Below, one piece after another: positions 36,567 to 43,445 of a stretch of DNA of 45,895 nucleotides. How positions within the stretch are numbered: position 1 is the stretch's first letter; each line of letters opens with the position of its first letter. The stretch comes from Candidatus Thorarchaeota archaeon (lineage in GTDB: Archaea; Asgardarchaeota; Thorarchaeia; Thorarchaeales; Thorarchaeaceae), in the NCBI GenBank assembly GCA_018335335.1, contig JAGXKG010000013.1, positions 1-45,895 on the forward strand, written 5' to 3'. The notes beneath the pieces were generated by a model. The model searched no databases. It saw only the letters and a list, made by a program, of their open reading frames with translations, and was not told the origin of the DNA. Made by a program: the position numbers and the translations under genes.

Positions 36567-37079
36567 TCATTCTTCCTCTTCTTTCTTGTTGACCATCAAG
36601 TAGGCGTCTTCTCCATCCCTATAGTACCCGTTAAGGGTCTTTTTGATGCTGAAACCAAGGTTTTGATAGACAGATACAGCCGCATCATTTGTTTTTCGAA
36701 CTTCGAGGAAGTATTCATCAGCGCCGTATGAAGTCATGGACTTCATCGCGGAATCAACCAATGCCCCACCAATTCCTATCCTCCGATGATCTGGTAGGAC
36801 TGCCACAGAAACTATGTGCCCTTTCTTAGTCGGTCTGATTCCAAAGTTTGATATTCCACGCTCAATACGACACATAATATAACCAACAACTTCTCCCTCT
36901 CTACTGGCGATAAGAAACGCTTTGGGTGCATGTTTGTACAAGCCCAGAAAGAAACGCTCTGGATAGTTTTCGGGTAAACATTCTCTGTTGATTTCAACGA
37001 CGGAGTCAAGGTCGTCTTCAGTAAATTGACGGATTTGAAATTCTGAATCCATCGCTTTTTCAACTTCTTTTGATTGCAT
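36567..37079 (-). CDS. N-terminal acetyltransferase of the Naa10/ARD1 type (GNAT).
   Basis: LPENYPERFFLGLYKHAPKAFLIA...GHIVSVAVLPDHRRIGIGGALVDSAMKSM...EYFLEVRKTNDAAVSVYQNLGF...GYYRDGEDAYLM closely follows the Naa10/Ard1 consensus (LPENY..kyY......GHItSlaV.r.hRrlGla..Lm......yvsLHVR.sN.aA..LY...gF....YYaDGEDAy.M). The true start is possibly the internal Met (MDSEFQI, ~37052). Confidence 0.8.
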   Translation of the reverse strand: MQSKEVEKAMDSEFQIRQFTEDDLDSVVEINRECLPENYPERFFLGLYKHAPKAFLIASREGEVVGYIMCRIERGISNFGIRPTKKGHIVSVAVLPDHRRIGIGGALVDSAMKSMTSYGADEYFLEVRKTNDAAVSVYQNLGFSIKKTLNGYYRDGEDAYLMVNKKEEEE

Positions 37080-37246
37080 GGAGTCAGACCTAATTGTGCG
37101 AGCGATTTTCCATACTTATTACCGTTTTCATGCCGACTGCTGAGAGTGAATCCTTCTAACCAACCAAATTGAGTTGTGTATATTCAATTTCTGTTACAGC
37201 TGATATTCCCTTAAGCTAATATTTGGCCAGTTTCTTAGTTTCTAGT

Positions 37247-37825
37247 ATGAATGCAATTGTCATCGGTGGTAGTCCAGGATGTGGAAAGACCACAGTTGCA
37301 TCTTTGCTTGGACGAAGCTTGGATCGAGACGTCATTTCACTTGGCGAGCTTGCTGTCGAGAAGGACTGTATAACTGAAGAAGACCTAGAGAGAGACACCT
37401 TGGTCATTGATGAGGATTGTATGGTTAAGGCTATTCGGGACGAAATCCACAAAAACGACGATGAAATAATTTTAGAAGGTCACTACGTAGATTTGGTGCC
37501 CTTCAGAGACGTTGAGAAAGTTATCATTCTTCGAGTACATCCTGAAGCCCTACGGACTCGTCTCATGGAACGCGACTATCCAGAAATCAAAGTCAGAGAG
37601 AATGTTGAAGCCGAAGTCTTCGGGGTCTGTCAGATGGACGCAATTCATTCCTTCGGAGAGGAACTTGTTTTTGAAGTAGATACGACAGGTCTCACTCCTG
37701 AAGAGACCCGCGACAAAATAATCGATCTACTACGTGGCTCTAGTGAACCTGCCAGGATAGACTGGATGCAGCGTCTTGAGAAGGAAGGCATCCTTGATGA
37801 CTACGTTACTCCCCAATTTGAATAG
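37247..37825 (+). CDS. Adenylate kinase isoenzyme 6 / Fap7-type NTPase.
   Basis: The P-loop IVIGGSPGCGKTT starts at the second Met. The HYVDLVP...VIILRVHPEALRTRLMERDY and KVRENVEAEVFGV blocks match the AK6/Fap7 pattern. The track ORF begins at 37223. The internal ATG was chosen because the upstream TATA-like ttaagctaatattt abuts 37223. Confidence 0.7.
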   Translation: MNAIVIGGSPGCGKTTVASLLGRSLDRDVISLGELAVEKDCITEEDLERDTLVIDEDCMVKAIRDEIHKNDDEIILEGHYVDLVPFRDVEKVIILRVHPEALRTRLMERDYPEIKVRENVEAEVFGVCQMDAIHSFGEELVFEVDTTGLTPEETRDKIIDLLRGSSEPARIDWMQRLEKEGILDDYVTPQFE

Positions 37826-37868
37826 GCTAGATTATCATCAATCGTATCAAATGTTGCCTCTTGCTGTG

Positions 37869-38462
37869 CTACTCCTTCTCTCGAAGTGGTATGGAGAGCA
37901 ATGCTACAATTGCGTATACTATCATCGTTAATGGAATTCCTGTTGCTGCCAGATTGGCTTCTGGATCCACACTGAGACCAAATGAGATGAGGAAGTACAC
38001 GGTTGTAGCTGACATAGCTAACATCATGGCGGGAATGACCGACAAGTAAGGAGCTCTTGGTTCTGTATACGCCCAGTATCCAATTGCCAAGAGAAGAACA
38101 CCACCTATCATTGGGAACAGGAAGAATAGGCTACCAGTCATCAGATAGGCATCGAAAAACGTATCAAAGCCAATATCTGGTGGATGGTTCATCACCGGCA
38201 AAAATTCTGACCATATACCCAAGAATCCTGTGATCATGAGAATCATGGCCGGCCAACGGTATTTCATAAGGCCGAGCTCTCGCTTTCTGAGCTTCGCTCT
38301 CAGTTCTTTGGCCTTTTTCTTTCTCTCCTGTTCCTTGGCTCGCTCTATTCTCTCTTCTGATTTGGTTAGACCCTTTTCTTTGGCTTTGTCTTCCCTAACG
38401 GCCTTTTCGATGTCAGAAGCCATCTCACTGGAATCCTTCTTTTCCTCATTCTTTCGACCCAT
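37869..38462 (-). CDS. Hypothetical membrane protein with a highly charged K/E-rich N-terminal ~65 aa followed by 4 TM helices.
   Basis: 197 aa, with hydrophobicity periodicity. It is co-oriented 61 bp downstream of the methyltransferase gene. Confidence 0.45.
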   Translation of the reverse strand: MGRKNEEKKDSSEMASDIEKAVREDKAKEKGLTKSEERIERAKEQERKKKAKELRAKLRKRELGLMKYRWPAMILMITGFLGIWSEFLPVMNHPPDIGFDTFFDAYLMTGSLFFLFPMIGGVLLLAIGYWAYTEPRAPYLSVIPAMMLAMSATTVYFLISFGLSVDPEANLAATGIPLTMIVYAIVALLSIPLREKE

Positions 38463-38523
38463 GGTGAATCTTGCACCACTTATTGTCTGTTTATTTAAGC
38501 CTCAGCTTCTCAGCCGCACTAAC

Positions 38524-40338
38524 TCAATTACCCATTTTGGGAGAGTTTTCTATTTGAAGTACTTCTGAATTGTTCAGTACTTCCTTCACTCTCTTGCTGA
38601 TTTCTTCTGAAATCATGCTATTTGCTGTTTGAAAAGGATTGCTTTGATTGTCTCTATTCTCGAGCTTTTCATCTAGCTTCTCGACAAGAGTGCTCCCTAC
38701 TCCAAGATAGAGTTCGTAAACGAGTGCATCCGCGATTCTGTCAAGTGATTCTATCGTTCTTTGTATCTCTTGGGAGTGAGAATCCATTCTGTGTAGATTC
38801 TGCAAAAACTCAAACAGGGCTATGTATGGTCGCTGGATATCTGGATAGACGATTGGGATTTCTTCGATGATACCTGTATTCAAACAAGTTGTGAGCTTTG
38901 AGTAGTTCGTGAGATACCTTACGCATAGGTAGCGAATCATTCGAGAATTGAGAATGAGACCTAAGACTTTTGGATTCATTTTTTGGTTGTGGACTGCTAT
39001 GCTAACAACGCCTCCACCATGAATCATTCCTTTGGGCTTAAGGACACACCGTGGATATGCTTTGTTCTTCGTTGCAAGGAGGAATCTACTGTCTTTGGTT
39101 TCTTGGAGATTCTGCTCATCCAAATAGGAGTCTTCGGCGTACTTGAAGTACTTTCTGTCAAATCTATAGCGTCTTACGCTCCTTCCTGATGAAGGATAAG
39201 GCACGGAGAATAAATCCGACCTGTTTTCACTAACATGCTCGCTGGGAATATCTCTCCCTCGGGTGGCAGAGATGTGTCCCGTTATTCCTTTATGGACTAC
39301 TCTGTCGAATAAATCATCATGATACAGAACTGCAATTCCGCCATCTTGGAAGGTGCTTCTTGGCATTACATTCTCAATGTGGATTCCAGGTCTCCTTGAC
39401 ATCACGATGATTCCCGATTTCTGTGATTTACTCCGAGAACAGAACACACTTACCATCTCAAGCGTGACATCCTGGAATGGGCTGCCCTCATCTACTATCA
39501 TCCAGACTCCCAATTTTCCTGCCAGGAACGCTCGCGTTTTGCTGAACTGCTTGGTTCGCATAATACTATTGGGTAGGATGAACGCAATCTCTCCACCCTC
39601 TTTTAGAAGGGCGTTTGCTCTAGCAAGAAAATGGGCTGCGATATTCCATGTACCACGCCTCCCTCCAAAAAGTGCGGCATCGTACTTACGTTGAATATAC
39701 TCCTTCTCAAAGCTTGTGAGTATGTTTCCAAAGGGTGGATTGCCTAAGATGATATCGAAACCCGGCTTTGGATTCTTGAAAACCTGAGGGAATTCCTTGC
39801 TCCAAGATAATGGATTGGAAGTACTCTCTTTCATTGATGAAATAATGGGCCTATGCTCATTGCAGCTCTCTTTGAATGTATTGGACTGCTGCCCATTGGA
39901 ATTAGCACTCCCAACTAAACTATTCCCTTTCCGTATTTGTCTTTGAACGATCTCTTGCAGACTGCTACGTGGAAGCTCATGGGATGTCTTTTGTGCCCAG
40001 CTCGCTAGTTTCGTTCTGCATTCTTGAACTGCATTTTCCCGAAGATCTACACCAAAAAGATTGGTGGACAGTATAGAACCTCGAAGCTGACCCGTATCCT
40101 TCACTTCGGTGAGTCTACATCGTTGTTGAAGAAGTTGTTCTGCTGCAGCCAGGAGGAACACACCGTTCCCTACAGCAGGATCCAGCACCCTCACAGAGGT
40201 CAGCATCTCTGAGGTTCTTTCGGCTCGCTCGTTTATCCATGCGCCTATCGATTTTTTGGTGATATAGTCCGCGATTTCTGCTGGAGTGTAATATGTCCCC
40301 GTTCTTCTGGAGTGGTATTTACCGCTCCGCTCGGGCAT
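38524..40338 (-). CDS. N6-adenine DNA methyltransferase (gamma-class, HsdM/Eco57I/TaqI-like catalytic domain) with a ~350-aa C-terminal region, possibly a target-recognition domain. No partner nuclease or specificity gene is adjacent.
   Basis: Motif X is GTYYTPAEIADYI. Motif I is LDPAVGNGVFLLAA. Motif IV is ILGNPPFG (the NPPF/Y catalytic motif). The order X-I-IV is gamma-class. Confidence 0.8.
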   Translation of the reverse strand: MPERSGKYHSRRTGTYYTPAEIADYITKKSIGAWINERAERTSEMLTSVRVLDPAVGNGVFLLAAAEQLLQQRCRLTEVKDTGQLRGSILSTNLFGVDLRENAVQECRTKLASWAQKTSHELPRSSLQEIVQRQIRKGNSLVGSANSNGQQSNTFKESCNEHRPIISSMKESTSNPLSWSKEFPQVFKNPKPGFDIILGNPPFGNILTSFEKEYIQRKYDAALFGGRRGTWNIAAHFLARANALLKEGGEIAFILPNSIMRTKQFSKTRAFLAGKLGVWMIVDEGSPFQDVTLEMVSVFCSRSKSQKSGIIVMSRRPGIHIENVMPRSTFQDGGIAVLYHDDLFDRVVHKGITGHISATRGRDIPSEHVSENRSDLFSVPYPSSGRSVRRYRFDRKYFKYAEDSYLDEQNLQETKDSRFLLATKNKAYPRCVLKPKGMIHGGGVVSIAVHNQKMNPKVLGLILNSRMIRYLCVRYLTNYSKLTTCLNTGIIEEIPIVYPDIQRPYIALFEFLQNLHRMDSHSQEIQRTIESLDRIADALVYELYLGVGSTLVEKLDEKLENRDNQSNPFQTANSMISEEISKRVKEVLNNSEVLQIENSPKMGN

Positions 40339-40449
40339 TGTGAATCCATCACCAAGGTCACGGGAACGATTTCTGATTTGAATGTATGCTTAGCTTCTCC
40401 ATGAACCAATGACTGATGGATCCTCACCAAGTACTCAACCTAGTGAAGC

Positions 40450-40503
40450 AAATAAGAAAAAGAAAAACGAATGAGAGGCGAGGCCCCAAATGATTCTCTC
40501 ATT
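40450..40503 (-). terminator. Minus-strand hairpin followed by a T-tract (cgtttttctttttcttatttg). Candidate terminator of the SPFH-like gene. The arms are aatgagag(40470-40477) and ctctcatt(40496-40503) on the plus strand.
   Basis: Perfect 8-bp inverted repeat with an 18-nt loop, immediately followed on the minus strand by a long U-tract, 23 nt after the stop at 40526. Confidence 0.5.
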
Positions 40504-40525
40504 TGGACTGCTCGTCTTTCATCCT

Positions 40526-41407
40526 TCAACCGATTTTTGTACCGCAGTTGGGGCAAAACTTGGCGCCCTTGAGCTCCTGTCCACAATTGGGGCAGAATTT
40601 CGCACCTGCAGGAGCACTTGCTTTTCCGCTATCTTGCTCTCCTTGCATCTGTTTCCCCATTGCACCCATCATGGCAGCCCCAGCACCGAAACCGGCACCT
40701 TCGCTCTTGCCAATCGATTCAGCAGCTGACTTCATTGTCTCTGATCCCATGACCTGCTGACCACTGACCTTGCCAGTCTTCAACCAGAACAGTCTCTCTC
40801 TATATTTCTCGGTTGTATCGATACCTTCAAACTTCAAGTCAACAAGCTCTAGGCCTATCCGTTCGAATGACATTCTGACCTTCGTTTTGACCTTCATCGA
40901 TGTCTCATCGAGTTGCGTGAACACTGTCTGGAGGTCATAGTGTGCAAATTCGTCAATAATCCGCTCATTAAGGAACGATCGCAGGTAATCGTTGACCTTC
41001 TTAGTTGTGAAGGCGTTCTGATTTCCTACTACGTCGCTGACAAATACCTTTGGCTCCTTAATCCTGAACCAGAAGTTGCCATGGAACATAAGTGGAGCGA
41101 GGTCACTTGTCTGTCCCCTTCCTCCGAATTTGCCCTGGAATTGAGAGCGTGAGACAAAAATGCATGTTGCCTGGAATATGTCTCCCTTGACTTTCTCCTG
41201 CAACCAGCCTACCAGACTGGGCATCTTGCTTGTTGTTAGTTTGTGTCGTCCTGCCAGGAAGGTATCAAGGGCTTTACCATCCCGATAGAAGATTGCTGCC
41301 TGATTCTCATGTACAATGAGTTGGCTACCCCAGTCCAATCTGTTGTCTGGGTACCGCCAGACAATTTGGTTCGGCCCGGCGTTCGTCCATTCAATTGCAT
41401 CGGCCAT
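40526..41407 (-). CDS. SPFH/Band-7-like (Band_7_1 type) domain protein with a C-terminal Gly/Ala/Met-rich linker and tandem zinc-ribbon motifs.
   Basis: 293 aa. The C-terminal KFCPNCGQELKGAKFCPNCGTKI has two C-x2-C pairs (zinc ribbon). The body resembles the cytosolic SPFH-like proteins that carry a C-terminal zinc ribbon. Assignment is by pattern only. Confidence 0.45.
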   Translation of the reverse strand: MADAIEWTNAGPNQIVWRYPDNRLDWGSQLIVHENQAAIFYRDGKALDTFLAGRHKLTTSKMPSLVGWLQEKVKGDIFQATCIFVSRSQFQGKFGGRGQTSDLAPLMFHGNFWFRIKEPKVFVSDVVGNQNAFTTKKVNDYLRSFLNERIIDEFAHYDLQTVFTQLDETSMKVKTKVRMSFERIGLELVDLKFEGIDTTEKYRERLFWLKTGKVSGQQVMGSETMKSAAESIGKSEGAGFGAGAAMMGAMGKQMQGEQDSGKASAPAGAKFCPNCGQELKGAKFCPNCGTKIG

Positions 41408-41551
41408 ATTGTATACTTCCGTATATTGGATTCTGATTCACTTTGTCAGTTTGTGTCGATTTAAATATTGACATGCTATATTCCCCGTTTATCTGCTGCA
41501 TTCATGCTTTGAGTTATTAGGGGAAATCCGAAAAGGAAAACGGCAATTCAG

Positions 41552-42013
41552 ATGTTACGAGCAGATTCCCCCAACGGTGAGAATGAAGAAGAAAACGGCG
41601 GAGGTTCAGGTAGTGGGGAGCCGTTAAGTTACTTCAATCCAATGGGGAACTACTTCACTTTGGTGGTAGGAATCGTTGTTAGTTATGTTCTGTTTTTCAT
41701 ATTTGGTTATCCTGTTTTGATAATAACGATGCTGTTTTTTGTTGTCCAAATTATGAAGGAAACCATGGATCTTCTTGAGAGGATTCCAGGGGGATTTCTA
41801 CGAAAGGCAGCATACCTGAATGTCGGTCTAACCCTACTTTATTTTGGAATTCTCGCAATTAATGGACTTGCGATTTTTCGGGGTTCTCCACCTCCGATAT
41901 TGCCTCAAATAGCGGATCTTACGTTTCTCACCCCCATACTGATGATGACAGCTATGTACGGGCTGAGAAACATCAAAGGAATGTTCGAAGCCCGTCAAGA
42001 CTCCAATGATTAG
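41552..42013 (+). CDS. Hypothetical membrane protein with 4 predicted TM helices and an acidic Gly-rich N-terminus.
   Basis: 153 aa. The hydrophobic helices are LVVGIVVSYVLFFIFGYPVLIITMLFFVV, LNVGLTLLYFGILAINGLAIF and LTPILMMTAMYGL. Confidence 0.45.
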   Translation: MLRADSPNGENEEENGGGSGSGEPLSYFNPMGNYFTLVVGIVVSYVLFFIFGYPVLIITMLFFVVQIMKETMDLLERIPGGFLRKAAYLNVGLTLLYFGILAINGLAIFRGSPPPILPQIADLTFLTPILMMTAMYGLRNIKGMFEARQDSND

Positions 42014-42046
42014 CTGAATCATTCTTCTCCGATTGGCGATTTTCAA

Positions 42047-42802
42047 CTAAAGATTGATTTCAACAAGGTCTTCTCCAATGACGACTTCTGCGCTATTGGA
42101 CCTACCAACGATTTCAACAACCGAATCCTGTTCTCGGACCACTGGCGGAGATACATGAACTAGTATCACCTTTACTGGGCCTGCGTCCGAGACAACTTTG
42201 TTGAGCTCGCTGGGGCTTGTATGAACGCCTTCACGATGATCACCATCAAGCCAGTTGCACTCATGAATCAGCACGTCTACATCCTTGGCCATTTCAATGA
42301 CCTCTTCACAGACTGAAGTATCACCGGTATACACGAGTGATGCATCTTCATTCGTTACTTTGAACGCCCTGCTGTCTTGATCGCTGTGACAGGTTGGATG
42401 TGCCTCCACTTTCACCTCGCCGAAATCTACTTTGTCGTGTTCTGCCAGCTCATTAACCTCTGTAGAGATCCTATCGAGAAGATATGGGAATGACACTTCA
42501 TTGATGCCTTTGAGCCACTCGTGAATGTCTGCAGATCCATAGATTTCGAGTGTTTCTTGGTATTCTTCAAGCCAAAGCGTCTGATACAGCGGAAGAAAAT
42601 CTGAACAATGGTCAATGTGAAAATGAGTGAAGAAGACCGCTGAAAGATCGGTAAGGTCGATTTTTGTTTGAGTTAGACGATGAAGTATTCCTGATCCCAC
42701 ATCAAGTAGAATCTTGAAGTCTCCACTTTCAACAAGCACTCCCGATTGAACTCTATCTGGATCGGGATAAGAAGTACCGGTACCAAGCACCGTGACATGC
42801 AT
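42047..42802 (-). CDS. MBL-fold metallo-hydrolase (RNase Z/ElaC-like or beta-lactamase-like).
   Basis: The HFHIDH (H-x-H-x-D-H) zinc-binding motif is present. The N-terminus VLGTGTSYP is typical of the RNase Z/MBL family. There are downstream His/Asp ligands (TGDTS, HECN, HVSP). Confidence 0.8.
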   Translation of the reverse strand: MHVTVLGTGTSYPDPDRVQSGVLVESGDFKILLDVGSGILHRLTQTKIDLTDLSAVFFTHFHIDHCSDFLPLYQTLWLEEYQETLEIYGSADIHEWLKGINEVSFPYLLDRISTEVNELAEHDKVDFGEVKVEAHPTCHSDQDSRAFKVTNEDASLVYTGDTSVCEEVIEMAKDVDVLIHECNWLDGDHREGVHTSPSELNKVVSDAGPVKVILVHVSPPVVREQDSVVEIVGRSNSAEVVIGEDLVEINL

Positions 42803-42872
42803 ATTTATCAGATATGTGACGGTATGTTAGCTAATCAGTCTTGTCTCAACTACAACTGATTGCTGATGGCAG

Positions 42873-43340
42873 TTATGCTGGGAGTGGCTTTGGTTTGAGC
42901 ACGTATCGCACGGTGTTTACGAACAGCTTCAACTGACTGGCCAGCTTCTCAGGGGTTTTTTGTGCAAGCTCGTGGGGCGAAAGTATTTCTTTACAGGTTG
43001 TCTGCCGAAGCACTCGCAGAAGTGCGATTGACTCGACTCTGCAATTGCCTTCTCGAACTCCTCTCCATAGTTGTTCAACAGCATCAACCAGATTCTCGCC
43101 ATACCGAACAAGCTCATTTGTGTTGATATTCCCTTCTAAGCAATCAATTACACGTTTGGCTTTCTCTGTTAGGGTCTGTGTTATTGGATTGTTACCCGCT
43201 ACATTCTGGTATGTCATTCTGTCATCCAGTATTTCTGTGTCGCTTTCTGCTATATAATTCCCCCCATTTACGGTTACCATGTTATTTTGCATCCGCGCTA
43301 TTTCGCTTATTACATTTTGATTTAATGTATTAGCCGCCAA
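42873..43340 (-). CDS. Hypothetical protein of 155 aa with an Asn/Gln-rich N-terminus.
   Basis: ORF with a plausible composition and no motif recognised. Confidence 0.4.
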   Translation of the reverse strand: MAANTLNQNVISEIARMQNNMVTVNGGNYIAESDTEILDDRMTYQNVAGNNPITQTLTEKAKRVIDCLEGNINTNELVRYGENLVDAVEQLWRGVREGNCRVESIALLRVLRQTTCKEILSPHELAQKTPEKLASQLKLFVNTVRYVLKPKPLPA

Positions 43341-43445
43341 ACATATTATTTATTTCTTTAATTAACGGAAAGCTTAATTTATTTGATAATTTTTGCGTAG
43401 CTCTTATTAACTCGCTCTAAAAAATCGTGCCGAGGATTAGGTGTA

